Shown in pieces: positions 48,766 to 58,615 of a stretch of DNA of 64,000 nucleotides. Every line of letters begins with the position of its first letter. Position 1 is the first letter of the stretch. Made by a program: the position numbers and the translations under genes. This DNA comes from Candidatus Nanohaloarchaea archaeon. Lineage in GTDB: Archaea; Nanohalarchaeota; Nanosalinia; Nanosalinales; Nanosalinaceae. The stretch is taken from positions 32,001-96,000 of the forward strand of contig JACOQA010000003.1 in NCBI GenBank assembly GCA_014297435.1, given 5' to 3'. The notes beneath the pieces are model-generated. The model did not search any database. It saw only the letters and a list, made by a program, of their open reading frames with translations, and had not been told where the DNA came from.

Positions 48766-49109
48766 TCTATCAACCTCAATTCTCCAGTTAAACTATCAAT
48801 TTTGTCCGATTCTGCCGGTCCGATTGCTAGCGCAGTCTTGCTCCCGGGTTCGACTTCGGTGTGCCCGGCATCTTTTACTAGGTATGCCGGCAGTTTATTA
48901 TATTTCGCATCGGTAAGCAAATCCTCTAACTTCCGATCTCCGCTCCCTAATATGACTTTTTTAGCTCCCTTATTATCCCAATCTTCTCTCTTCTCAGCAC
49001 CAGCCTTTTTGTAGGCGCCTAGAGAAGCATGTGCTACTTGTGCTGCAGTTTTACCCTTGGATAGTCCAAGTTGTTCGTTCACCACTATTACTTGTTTAAG
49101 CTCTGACAT
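48762..49109 (-). CDS. pth2: Peptidyl-tRNA hydrolase Pth2
   Basis: KQVIVV..L..SKGK.AAQVAHA, DAGHTEV.PG..T.LAIGP. Confidence 0.96.
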   Translation of the reverse strand: MSELKQVIVVNEQLGLSKGKTAAQVAHASLGAYKKAGAEKREDWDNKGAKKVILGSGDRKLEDLLTDAKYNKLPAYLVKDAGHTEVEPGSKTALAIGPAESDKIDSLTGELRLIE

Positions 49110-49268
49110 TGGTATTAATTGTATTTACATTACCTTTCAGATTTTAAGTACCTTTTGGTAACAACTATACTGACCTTGAAGTCAAGTACACTTGACCATT
49201 TTATCCCCAAATACTAAATAAACAATCCAAAGAACAAACCTCGAAAAGTAGCAATCGAAACAGAAAAG

Positions 49269-49374
49269 TGGGTCCACCCAGATTCGAACTGGGGATCTTC
49301 GCCTTGTAAGGGCGACGTCTTAGTCCAAAGCCAGCAGAGCTGAAACCTTGGATAACCAACTAGACCATGGACCC
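49269..49374 (-). tRNA. tRNA-Val(UAC) with a 32-nt intron at position 22/23 (intron 49320-49351)
   Basis: Reverse complement: GGGTCCA/TGGACCC acceptor, TCGCC-CTTACAA-GGCGA anticodon arm, CCCAG-TTCGAAT-CTGGG T arm; removing the insert leaves a 74-nt tRNA. Confidence 0.92.
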
Positions 49375-49424
49375 TACTATACTGTGAAAAAGGAGATGAA
49401 CTCTTTTAAACCTCTACACAATCA

Positions 49425-51281
49425 TCAAATCTCCTTCCTTAATATAGGGTCGTAGACCTGATCGCCTTTCGAATAGTAAGGATAATATACAAGTTCAGGT
49501 TCAGGATATCCTAAAGCTTCCTCATCTTTCTGTTTCTCAATAAGTTTTTCGGCATCGACTCGTTCATCGACAAGCTCTTGGTCAAAGTAACTGTCTTCAA
49601 CCGCCAACTCTTTCTCTTTGACTTTGCCTTTAGCCCTCAACTTTTCTATTATTGATGCGACTTTTGAGATAGAGTCCTCACGCTTTTCAACAATTTCTTG
49701 CTTGTCCATACCTTTCTGGATCATCGAAGTAATCTCTTCTTCCTCGTCGGAAAGCTTGTTTTCCTCGGCTTTAACTTCGCCGTTAACTGCATCGATCAAA
49801 AGCTTTTTCTCGCCATCCTCTACCATGTAGAGCGGGTAGTAAGCTACATCGAACTTGTGACCTTTCTCGGTCTCAACCTCCTCCTTCGACCTTTTAGGCT
49901 TGAACATCTTGATCTTATCCTTTTCTTCGTAGTTCTCGGAAGTCTGTGTTACGCCACCGTGCTTTGACTTTCTGGTTCTTACATCGGTCATAACCGGGTA
50001 GTCGTTTCCAAGTATGAAGCAGACCCCTGGAGGGAGCGACTTGATCATGGACTCAACTTCACTCGTTATTCCTTCGAACGATTTCGAAATAGCTTTTAGG
50101 TCGTTCGGGTTAGTAACTCTCAGAATAAACTGGGTGTTACACTGAGAAAGAACGTTTTTGTCGATCCTTGCCGGCCTCTGGGAGATAACACCGAGACCTA
50201 AACCGAACTTTCTTCCCTCAGATGCGATCTTTCTCAGTATGTCGTTTGATAGTGCTTTGCCGAAGCCCTTCTCAGGTGCGAAGTTGTGAGCCTCCTCTAT
50301 AACCATTATGAAAGGCGGGATCAGATTCTTCTTCCTTAACTCGAACATTCTTTTCGCTAGCATGAACATAGTCATCTCAGCTGTCTCCGGTTCAACAGCC
50401 TTCAGGTTGATGACCGTGGCCTCTCCAGGAGTTAATAGTTCTTCAAGATCGGCCGGGTCCTCTGTAAACAGTCCGGACTCGTCGAGCTGTTCCATCGAAT
50501 TCAAAAGATTCCACTTAGCTGTAGAATCTTCCTGAGAAACCGCATCCATCAGACCGGTTAGTGTATAATCATCCTCTTTATCTCTCAACCGTTTTAATGC
50601 GTTGTAAAGAACTCCCATCTGCGAATTCGTTAAATTATCAGGAATAACATTCAGCAATTCTTTTTTCTCCATGTTAACCGATGAAAAGCTTAGGGGTAGC
50701 GCCTCCTGGTTGATATCGGTGTTTGGAGAATATTCCGTAACCTCGTAACCTCTGGAACCTCCATCCTCTTTCTCCGGGTTAGGAAGTTTAAGAGAGGAGA
50801 ATTCACCGTGAGGATCTATGACCATAATAGGCAGATCCTGCTCAAGCATCTCCTCACATAATACGCCCGTAAGATAGCTCTTTCCGGCGCCTGTCTGTGC
50901 TAGGACGCCAAAGTGCTTGTAGAAGTCGTCTTTGTTAACAAAAATGTCGATGTCCGGGTTCGTTTCAAGGTTACCGACCTGAAGACCTGAATCCTTCAGT
51001 CCTAATGTGTCGGAGATTAATTCCTGATCTGCTGAGTAGACGATCGATCCTGGTTCTATAACTCTTCTCGGTGCTTTGGTTAGTCCTTTGTCCCTGTATC
51101 CGATTATGTTGGCGTTTGCCATGGTCTCTCCATCAGGTTTCTTCGTTACCTGTTCAACCTGTCCCAGAATCCATTTATCGTTACTTTTAACCGAGATAAA
51201 GTCGAACTTCTTCACTTCTTCTGTAGCTCTAAATTTGAAGGATGATGTGTCGACGTTTCCTTCGATCGTCCCTAGCTTCAT
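49425..51281 (-). CDS. HerA-family ATPase with HAS barrel and C-terminal wHTH-like extension
   Basis: N-terminal barrel LGTIEG..., AQTGAGKSY, IDPHGEF, IEEAHNFAP, EGRKFGLG..ISQRP. Confidence 0.9.
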   Translation of the reverse strand: MKLGTIEGNVDTSSFKFRATEEVKKFDFISVKSNDKWILGQVEQVTKKPDGETMANANIIGYRDKGLTKAPRRVIEPGSIVYSADQELISDTLGLKDSGLQVGNLETNPDIDIFVNKDDFYKHFGVLAQTGAGKSYLTGVLCEEMLEQDLPIMVIDPHGEFSSLKLPNPEKEDGGSRGYEVTEYSPNTDINQEALPLSFSSVNMEKKELLNVIPDNLTNSQMGVLYNALKRLRDKEDDYTLTGLMDAVSQEDSTAKWNLLNSMEQLDESGLFTEDPADLEELLTPGEATVINLKAVEPETAEMTMFMLAKRMFELRKKNLIPPFIMVIEEAHNFAPEKGFGKALSNDILRKIASEGRKFGLGLGVISQRPARIDKNVLSQCNTQFILRVTNPNDLKAISKSFEGITSEVESMIKSLPPGVCFILGNDYPVMTDVRTRKSKHGGVTQTSENYEEKDKIKMFKPKRSKEEVETEKGHKFDVAYYPLYMVEDGEKKLLIDAVNGEVKAEENKLSDEEEEITSMIQKGMDKQEIVEKREDSISKVASIIEKLRAKGKVKEKELAVEDSYFDQELVDERVDAEKLIEKQKDEEALGYPEPELVYYPYYSKGDQVYDPILRKEI

Positions 51282-51369
51282 CGATAAGAAACGGTTCTCA
51301 TACCATATTCAAAAAACTGTCTCGGGCAGGGGAATGGAATTTAAGAAGCTGGTTCATAACTGTTTGAAT

Positions 51370-51804
51370 ATGGAGATTGGCGAAGACCTGAAGAAGAACC
51401 TTATCTTTCTCGGAGCAACACTAGTTTTGATCTCACTGGTTTTCGCCGGAAAAAACGTTATTACGCCAGAAGACCCGGTAAAAGTAGGTTTCACAGAAGT
51501 TACAACTGAATGTACAGGTATTGATGCCGGAGTCTGTATCGGATTCCAGCAGAGAGATCACACAACCTATAACTATGACAACTATTCTGAAGCTGAACCA
51601 GGTACAGAGAACTACTACAGGAGGGTTGAAGCTGAACTGATGTACCAGGCTTACAGTATCTGCGATCAGGACACTAAAGGCATGGAATGGACAGATCAAG
51701 CATCTTATGACAACAAAACTGCCACCGAATGGATGGAGAACGAGAACGTCCAGCTATTGCCTTGTAAGGAGACTTTCTACAGACCTCTGAATGCAACGAA
51801 GTAG
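51370..51804 (+). CDS. Membrane-anchored extracellular protein with four Cys
   Basis: Start MEIGEDLK about 30 nt after TTTAAG; one TM. Confidence 0.7.
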   Translation: MEIGEDLKKNLIFLGATLVLISLVFAGKNVITPEDPVKVGFTEVTTECTGIDAGVCIGFQQRDHTTYNYDNYSEAEPGTENYYRRVEAELMYQAYSICDQDTKGMEWTDQASYDNKTATEWMENENVQLLPCKETFYRPLNATK

Positions 51805-51855
51805 GCTATTAAAAATCTTCTTCACCGATTTTCTGTTATAAGAGGTATTCAAACT

Positions 51856-52347
51856 ATGTCTGACGCAGAGTATGTTGAAAGAACTTTTGTCGCACTAAAA
51901 CCTGACGCAGTTAAGAGAGGTCTTGTCGGAGAGATCACATCCCGTTTCGAAGATGCTGGCTTCAAGATCATGGGAATGAAGATGGTTCAAGCCACAGACC
52001 AGCTTCTCGAACAGCACTATGCTGAGCACGTTGACAAGCCTTTCTACGATGGCCTAGCAGGATTCATGAAGTCAGGTCCTGTCGTCGCCATGGTTCTGGA
52101 AGGAGTTCATGCAGCCGAGAACCTGAGAAAGATTGTTGGAGATACAGACGCTTCAGAAGCACATCCAGCAACCATCAGAGGGCGTTACGGTCACATGTCA
52201 ATGGACTACGCGGACGATGCAGGAAGACACTACAAGAACCTTGTGCACGCTTCCGAGCCCGGAGAGGCAGAAGAAGAGATCGAGATCTGGTTCGAAGAAA
52301 GCGAGCTTCACGAGTATGACCACTCGCAGGACGAACACGCCAGATAA
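51856..52347 (+). CDS. ndk: Nucleoside diphosphate kinase
   Basis: ERTFVALKPDAVKRGLVGEI, HY.EH..KPF, GPVVAMV, NLVHAS. Confidence 0.97.
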   Translation: MSDAEYVERTFVALKPDAVKRGLVGEITSRFEDAGFKIMGMKMVQATDQLLEQHYAEHVDKPFYDGLAGFMKSGPVVAMVLEGVHAAENLRKIVGDTDASEAHPATIRGRYGHMSMDYADDAGRHYKNLVHASEPGEAEEEIEIWFEESELHEYDHSQDEHAR

Positions 52348-52379
52348 CCTTTTACATTTCACTTCTCATTTTATTCTAC

Positions 52380-52586
52380 ATGGCTGAAGATAATAGACTC
52401 TAAAGATCGGAAAGCGATAGAATTCTTGGAGGCGTATGTGGAGGTATAGCCGAAGTATACGACTTCGATCCTTCAATTGTAAGACTTGTAGCATTGGCTG
52501 CAATATTCTTTGGAGTCGGATCTCCTGTATTAGCTTACATAGTGGCGTGGATAATCATTCCTTCTGAAGGAGAGGTAAAACAATAG
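52380..52586 (+). pseudogene. pspC: PspC domain protein interrupted by an in-frame TAA at codon 8
   Basis: MAEDNRL*RSESDRILGGVCGGIAEVYDFDPSIVRL...LAYIVAWIIIP; stop at 52401-52403 where PspC usually has Tyr (RLYRS). Confidence 0.8.
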
Positions 52587-52617
52587 ATATTTGGAGAAGA
52601 AGGAGCAAAGATATCCT

Positions 52618-54261
52618 CTATTTCAACTTCCTTAATCTTTCTAGATCAAGCTCGAATCCTGCAGCCTTCTTCTCAAGCTTCCAGTTCTCTAGAACCTTCG
52701 AATCAAGCTCACCGATAAATCCTATTTTCTCGCCTCCAAGGAATACGTCCGCAGACCTTTTTGTTCTCATAAACGACTTTTCGTCCTCCTTTATCTCGAA
52801 ATCGATACCTAGGTCACGTTCAAGTACCTGAAGCTTCTGCTTCGCATCTGTGTAATCCACTTCTGAATCAGATACGATAAATGCAAGCTTTCTTTTGTTA
52901 GATGCGCCTGTTGCAGATTCGTCGATTTTGGAAACATCCGCAGTCTCGAAGAACTCCTGTGGGTAAGCCCGATGTTTATTCTCCTTCAGAACTTCTAGCA
53001 TGGAAGGTAGAAGCCAGCTTCTAAGTGTCGAATACTCTTCTGTTAAAGCATTTTCCAGCTTGACGTTGCCTTCGACGTTTCTTTCCATTCTGTCGAACAG
53101 TTTTTCTTCGCTCGATAAGGCGTGAGTATAGGCTTCCATAGCTCCGGCATCCGTCATCACATCTCTTATTAGATCTGATAATTCAGTAATAGATTTTAGA
53201 CCACCCTCTTGATCCACTTCTGGAGTTTCAGGTTCAATACTGTCGTATCCATGCGCGATAACAACATCTTCTATCAAGTCATACTGATGCATTACGTCGG
53301 TTCTGTAGCAGGGAACTTCGACCATGATACCCTCATCGTTTTTCCGGGCTCCGTACTTCATCATCTGCAGCCTCTGGACAATTTCGTCCTTGTCTAAATC
53401 GATTCCTGAAACCGATCTGAAGTATTCCTCGTCAAGCACCATTTCTTCCGGTTCAAGGTTAGGCATTTCCATCTCGTCAACCCGGACTTTCTCGATTGTT
53501 CCTCCTCTTTCTTCCAGAGCTGTTGCCAATATGTTCAAGGCTTTCTGAACGGTCTCTCTATGCTTTCCTGTAACATCTATGAATACGTCGGTCGTGTTTG
53601 GTTCGACTTCAGTTAATTGGTTGTTGATTATTGGAGGGAAGGATAGAACTTGATCTTCCGAGTCAACAATCACCGGATATTTCTCCTCGTCTTCAAGAAT
53701 CCAAGAGAACTCCTTTCCTTTCTTGTGTTCGCCAAGTATCTCTCCGAGTTGCATCTGCTTCTGTTTTTCCAAGGGTTTGAACGATACCGATTCAGGCTCC
53801 ACGGCTTTGTACGTAAACGGTGGTTCGAGCTCAGAAAGGTCGTGTAAACCGATCGCCAGCTTATCTCTTCTTCTACCCATAGTTTCATGCATTTTCTCCT
53901 GTAGCTGGATCAGTCCGTTGATCTTCTTTTCTGAAAGCTCAACATCTCTGATAACAGATCCTCCGATGAAAGGTCTTACCTCTGATACCGACGAGTCCAC
54001 TTCAACATTTATTTCAGGTTCTTCGGCAGTGTAGTTTTTTCGACCTGTCTCGATCTCGAAGAATCCTCTGTAAGCTCTTGCTAGTCCCTCTACTGAGAGG
54101 CAGTCAGGTCTGTTCGGATAAGTTTCAACATCACATACGTTTCCGTCGATGGAGTGCCAGTGGACCCCCATGAAAGATCCTTCCTCTATCAGTTTTTCGT
54201 TTTCGATTTCCTCTCCAACCAGTTCGATAAACTCTCTTCTATCTATCTCGATACTTGCCAT
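52618..54261 (-). CDS. pheT: Phenylalanyl-tRNA synthetase beta subunit
   Basis: PNRPDCLSVEG.AR, QEK.H..GR.R..AIG.HD, LSFPPIIN, R.D..H..D..ED. Confidence 0.96.
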   Translation of the reverse strand: MASIEIDRREFIELVGEEIENEKLIEEGSFMGVHWHSIDGNVCDVETYPNRPDCLSVEGLARAYRGFFEIETGRKNYTAEEPEINVEVDSSVSEVRPFIGGSVIRDVELSEKKINGLIQLQEKMHETMGRRRDKLAIGLHDLSELEPPFTYKAVEPESVSFKPLEKQKQMQLGEILGEHKKGKEFSWILEDEEKYPVIVDSEDQVLSFPPIINNQLTEVEPNTTDVFIDVTGKHRETVQKALNILATALEERGGTIEKVRVDEMEMPNLEPEEMVLDEEYFRSVSGIDLDKDEIVQRLQMMKYGARKNDEGIMVEVPCYRTDVMHQYDLIEDVVIAHGYDSIEPETPEVDQEGGLKSITELSDLIRDVMTDAGAMEAYTHALSSEEKLFDRMERNVEGNVKLENALTEEYSTLRSWLLPSMLEVLKENKHRAYPQEFFETADVSKIDESATGASNKRKLAFIVSDSEVDYTDAKQKLQVLERDLGIDFEIKEDEKSFMRTKRSADVFLGGEKIGFIGELDSKVLENWKLEKKAAGFELDLERLRKLK

Positions 54262-54263
54262 TT

Positions 54264-55646
54264 TTATTTAGACCTCCATACAGGTGTTTCTTCGATCAGT
54301 TTTGTGTCGTTGCTGTAGAGATCTCTCAAATCATCTAATTCTGCAGCCATCATCCCGATCCTTCCGATTCCAAGACCCCATGCCAATACTGTTGCTTCTA
54401 CACCTATCATCGGTTCTACAACCTCGGGACGGAACAGTCCTGCTCCCCCCATGCCTAGCCATTCTTCCTCAACTTCATCCCAGACCTGTACCTCAACACT
54501 CATCTCCGTGTAAGGATAGTACGTCGGAATCAGCCTGAACTCATCATAACCCATCTTCTCGAAGAACTCTGAAAGATAGCCTTTGAGATGAGCGAAGTTC
54601 AGATCCTCTCCAACCACAATTCCCTCAGCCTGATCGAAGTCAGCAAGATGGGTTCTGTCAACGGTTTCATTCCTGAAAGCTCTTCCTATTACAAAGTATT
54701 TTGCCGGAAGATCTTCCTCATCAAGTTCATGAAGCTTTCTTGCGGAAGCTGCTGTAGTATGTGTTCTGAGAACGTTCTGCTCCGAATCCTCCCTTGACCA
54801 ATCGTATCCCCAGCCTTTAGAACCGGTTTCCCAGCCGTTCTCATGTGCATTCTTTATGTAGTCGACCTTATCACCGTACTCGGATAGATCGGATTTCTCA
54901 GGGTTCTCAACGAAGAACGTGTCCTGAAGATCCCTGGCAGGATGATCCTGGGCAATATAAAGTGCGTCGAAACATGTGAAGCCAGGCACTACATAACCTC
55001 CTTCCATCTCCTTAAAGCCCATTTCAATCCATTTCTGTTTGGCGTAATCTATTACCTCACGGTAGAAATGTTTCTTACCTGTTCTAGGTGTTTTCGCGGA
55101 AGCCTCAACGTTAAAGTCTTCCTTAATATCCTTGAGATCAGTATCTTTCCCTTTTTCTGTTAGTCTGACGTTCCGAATCTTGCTTGTTTGAACTTCGACA
55201 AGTCCTCTTTCCTCATCGGGCTCTTTGAAGTCTCCTACGTTCAGTCTTTCCTTCAAGCCATCAGTTCCTAGAGCTTCTCTGCCTTCCTGTGTTAACTCAG
55301 CTTCTCCCTGATCTATTCTTATCCAGCTTTTCTGTCTTGCTTTTCCAAGCGCCACATCGATCTCAAGATCCTGTAGTTCCGACATCTCCTTCGGTCCATC
55401 TTCCAATCTTTCAATTAAACGATGTTCCGGAGAACCGTTCTCAACAACTTTTTTGCCTTCCTCTGTAAGGGATCTTTCCAGTTCTTCCTCTTCTTCTACT
55501 TCAACAAGTTCTTCATCCTTCAGTTCAAGAACCGCTCTGTTGACCATGGACTGGTCGAAGCCTTCTTCCTCGAACTGTTGGATAGTCTTCGATGTATCGG
55601 ATTTCAGCTCTTCTAAGACTTTCTTAGCCTGCTTGGAAAGTTTCAC
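54264..55646 (-). CDS. pheS: Phenylalanyl-tRNA synthetase alpha subunit
   Basis: FDAL...QDHPARDLQDTF, LRTHTT, FRNE..D.TH, YYPYTE, AWGLG. Confidence 0.97.
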   Translation of the reverse strand: MKLSKQAKKVLEELKSDTSKTIQQFEEEGFDQSMVNRAVLELKDEELVEVEEEEELERSLTEEGKKVVENGSPEHRLIERLEDGPKEMSELQDLEIDVALGKARQKSWIRIDQGEAELTQEGREALGTDGLKERLNVGDFKEPDEERGLVEVQTSKIRNVRLTEKGKDTDLKDIKEDFNVEASAKTPRTGKKHFYREVIDYAKQKWIEMGFKEMEGGYVVPGFTCFDALYIAQDHPARDLQDTFFVENPEKSDLSEYGDKVDYIKNAHENGWETGSKGWGYDWSREDSEQNVLRTHTTAASARKLHELDEEDLPAKYFVIGRAFRNETVDRTHLADFDQAEGIVVGEDLNFAHLKGYLSEFFEKMGYDEFRLIPTYYPYTEMSVEVQVWDEVEEEWLGMGGAGLFRPEVVEPMIGVEATVLAWGLGIGRIGMMAAELDDLRDLYSNDTKLIEETPVWRSK

Positions 55647-55682
55647 ATCCCCGAGTTTTCGATGAAAGCTTTAATATTTACT

Positions 55683-56411
55683 TCAGGTCGTCTCAACTAT
55701 CGCGCCCATCAAAACCAGAACAGCTCCTAATAATACCAGTTTTAGGTAGTCCATCCAGGTTTCAAGATCGAAATGTTCTCTGTATAGAGCTCCTGATATC
55801 AGTGAACCTGCGATACCTGCAACGATAAATCCTGTCATCTCGAAGGATGCGTGAGGGATATAGCATAGAGGAGATGGTGTAGGCGTACATCCCAGTAGCG
55901 CTGTTGTTGACTGTGCCTGATTTATTAGGTAACCAAAGAAAACTCCGAGAACTGAAGCGTTCCATGTCAGGATAAAGGATCCTGCGCTTCCAATTATTGA
56001 AGCGACTGCAAGTATCGACGTATAGACTATCATGTTGTTTGCTAAAACACCTACGAAAGATACAGAATTCGTGGCGTAACCTGTAACCCCGATTATCTCA
56101 TTCTGGATACTGAATGCTTCCGGCATGTAGAAACCGAGGGCTGTGAATGCCGCAACTTCTCCTGCAAAGATAGCTCCGTAAACCATTATCTCGTCCATGT
56201 GCGGAGCATTGTTCTTTTCATCTTCAAGGAAAAACCTTGTTAGCGGATAAACCAAAGGTATCGCCGCAAATATTACGGCAAGAACGTCTGATTGAGTAGG
56301 GAAAAGAAGTTCTGCCGCAATAAAACCGATTATTGATGCGACTGCTCCTAAAGCGAATAGTAGGGGGAAGTTTTCTGTCTGCTCCTCACGGTAGATCAGT
56401 TCCGGCAGCAT
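55683..56411 (-). CDS. SpoIIM-like (DUF95) membrane protein
   Basis: ANNMIV, LTWNASVLG, IPHASFEM..F..AG..G, AIVE. Confidence 0.82.
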   Translation of the reverse strand: MLPELIYREEQTENFPLLFALGAVASIIGFIAAELLFPTQSDVLAVIFAAIPLVYPLTRFFLEDEKNNAPHMDEIMVYGAIFAGEVAAFTALGFYMPEAFSIQNEIIGVTGYATNSVSFVGVLANNMIVYTSILAVASIIGSAGSFILTWNASVLGVFFGYLINQAQSTTALLGCTPTPSPLCYIPHASFEMTGFIVAGIAGSLISGALYREHFDLETWMDYLKLVLLGAVLVLMGAIVETT

Positions 56412-56447
56412 TAATCTAGAATGAAAGGGCGTGGTTTAAACCGGTTT

Positions 56448-56825
56448 TCAATCGACCTTAGCGTAATCCGATGGAGAGGCAGAAACCAACTGCTTATCTT
56501 CCGTGATGCGGTCAGCCCATTTGAAGACCGATTCTCTTCCTCCCGGTGAGAGAACACGTTCAGCATGATCTAGAACCAGTTCGTCCTCCTCACTTAGTTC
56601 GACATCCTCATCAACGTAAACTACCGCTCTGTTGTAATCTGTCATGACTTGTAGTTCTGTGTTGTCTGATTCGAGCGCATAATCGGCTTCTCCATAGATA
56701 TTATCCAAGTCGATATAGATGTCTATTTCCGTTCCAATCGGAAGACTGTGATCTGCATCCGTCTCTAGATAATCTTCGAAAGCGTATCTTGATTCCAAGG
56801 TTGAAAGCACCTTAGAAACGGTCAC
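56448..56825 (-). CDS. Acidic hypothetical protein
   Basis: 125-aa ORF filling the gap, acidic composition; GTG start. Confidence 0.6.
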   Translation of the reverse strand: MTVSKVLSTLESRYAFEDYLETDADHSLPIGTEIDIYIDLDNIYGEADYALESDNTELQVMTDYNRAVVYVDEDVELSEEDELVLDHAERVLSPGGRESVFKWADRITEDKQLVSASPSDYAKVD

Positions 56826-56852
56826 CGTTCAGTTTTAAATAAGAAATGAGGT

Positions 56853-57953
56853 TTAGTTGAAGTCGAAGTTCTCCTCAATATACTGTTCGACTTCTTCCGA
56901 TGCCTCCTCCCGCTTTCTCTGGTGTTCGGTAAGGAACTCCTCAATCTTCTCCTTTGCGATCTGCTTTAACTCTCCGGAAAGCATTTCTCCAGAAGAGTAT
57001 TCTCTCCGAATCCTTTCGAGTTCCTCATCATCTTTGATCAGGTGGAACGCCAGCAGCTCGAAGACCATGTCCTCCTCAACGTCAGCTCCTTTTTCTCTGT
57101 GCTCTTCAAGCGAATCTTTTCCTCCTGTCTTCGCCTGATCGATTTTCTCTTTGGCTTCTTCAACTGAGTCGGTTAGAGCGATGTAGCTTTTAGGTTTACT
57201 TGAACTCATCTTCCCTCCCTGCAAACCACGCATGAACTTGTTGTATGTTGAAGCAGGTTTAACGAATTCCTGATCACGGTACTTTCTTGCGACCTCACGA
57301 GTTAAACGGATATGAGGATCTTGGTCAATTCCCACAGGCACTACTGTCGGCTTTGAACCTCCGTTTTCCGAGAACTGAGGTCTCAGAATATCAGCGTACT
57401 GTACTTGGGCAGATGACATCTTTGCCGGGTCTGCATTCCCATAAGTAGCCTCCATCTCATTCTGCGTTAGATAGCGTCCGAACATCGCCGCCTTCGCTAG
57501 ATGGTCGTTGCCTGCTTGAGACTGGAAGTAGAAATCGATGTTTTCCAGATCGATTCCTAAAGCAACATAGTTTTTCAGGTACTCCTCGACTACGAGCTCT
57601 CTCGCTTCCTCAAGACTCATATTTCGAGTGTTGTATGCCTCTATATCTGCTGCGGCAATCGTTATCTCGGCTCCCATCTCCTGGTACATCTTGATCTGGT
57701 CGACGACGCATTTGTGTCCGAAGTGGAAGACCCCTGAAGGCATGATGCCCGTGATCATAGCAAAATCATCTCCCTCATCTCTCGCATCCAGAAGCTCGTC
57801 TAGGTCTCGATGTCCGAAGATGATGCCTCTACGGATAAACCTGTGATCGGGAAGTCTTTCCTCTATCTCCTCGATCGGTTCTATACCGAACTTATCCATT
57901 TTTTCACTGTAGTTACCTAGCTCGACGTCGCCCCATGGATCGATATCTGCCAT
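56853..57953 (-). CDS. trpS: Tryptophanyl-tRNA synthetase
   Basis: IDPWG, RRGIIFGHRD, TGIMPSG.FHFGH, PVGIDQDPH, GGKMSSS. Confidence 0.96.
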   Translation of the reverse strand: MADIDPWGDVELGNYSEKMDKFGIEPIEEIEERLPDHRFIRRGIIFGHRDLDELLDARDEGDDFAMITGIMPSGVFHFGHKCVVDQIKMYQEMGAEITIAAADIEAYNTRNMSLEEARELVVEEYLKNYVALGIDLENIDFYFQSQAGNDHLAKAAMFGRYLTQNEMEATYGNADPAKMSSAQVQYADILRPQFSENGGSKPTVVPVGIDQDPHIRLTREVARKYRDQEFVKPASTYNKFMRGLQGGKMSSSKPKSYIALTDSVEEAKEKIDQAKTGGKDSLEEHREKGADVEEDMVFELLAFHLIKDDEELERIRREYSSGEMLSGELKQIAKEKIEEFLTEHQRKREEASEEVEQYIEENFDFN

Positions 57954-57954
57954 T

Positions 57955-58335
57955 TTATGTAGCCTCTTGGACGGTTTTTGATCGCGCATTTTCATATAAC
58001 TCATCGAAAACCTGTGTTTCCTCACCACGAAGCGTCATAAACTCCACTTCACCGAAGACTGTTGCCCTGTAATCACTGGTTTCCTGAGGTTTTACGGCAG
58101 CTTCTCCCTCAAAGTACGAGCTGAGAGCTCTTTCGATTTCACCGTAACCCGTGTTTGATCTCACTCCAACTATATCGTCCTCAAAGGTTTGCATGAAGCT
58201 GCGAAGACCTTCCTCAGAGCTCAGACTTGAATAAAGGAGTTCTCCATCTTTTTCCCGGCAAACCGCGTACTTCTGGTCTCTGAAGTGTATTCCGGGAAGT
58301 GATGGTTCTGTCTCATCAGAAAATCTATAGGTCAT
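57955..58335 (-). CDS. Hypothetical protein
   Basis: ATG at 58335 overlapping the upstream ORF; acidic composition. Confidence 0.6.
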   Translation of the reverse strand: MTYRFSDETEPSLPGIHFRDQKYAVCREKDGELLYSSLSSEEGLRSFMQTFEDDIVGVRSNTGYGEIERALSSYFEGEAAVKPQETSDYRATVFGEVEFMTLRGEETQVFDELYENARSKTVQEAT

Positions 58336-58615
58336 CGTATCCCTCCACATAACATGGATCTTCAATCCCGAACTCCCTTTCTACCGCAGCCTCAGAAGCT
58401 TCAAGTGCATTGTAAGCCTCGCTTTCTGTAAGTTCATCTAGGAAAGAAGCGTTGTACGAGGGTTGCTCCGGATCTTCGAATGAAAGAATTTGAGCAGGTC
58501 TTCCGTCCGAAACCTCGGGAAAAGCGTCTGTTAAGACCGCATATTCAGATTTATTTGTCGAAGGAAAAGTTTCAACTTCGAGTTCTTCTACGTAGGTTTC
58601 GCCAAAAACATCCAC
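58325..58615 (-). CDS. Acidic hypothetical protein
   Basis: GTG start after GAGAGG; very acidic. Confidence 0.55.
   Translation of the reverse strand: MDVFGETYVEELEVETFPSTNKSEYAVLTDAFPEVSDGRPAQILSFEDPEQPSYNASFLDELTESEAYNALEASEAAVEREFGIEDPCYVEGYDDL

Noticed and set aside
51076-51369. Long N-terminal extension of ORF 51076-51804
   Set aside because: Overlaps the HerA gene antisense; TATA-like box and ATG at 51370 fit better
52401-52403. Alternative genetic code (TAA readthrough)
   Set aside because: TAA terminates many clear genes in the window (e.g. hef, glyS, truD)
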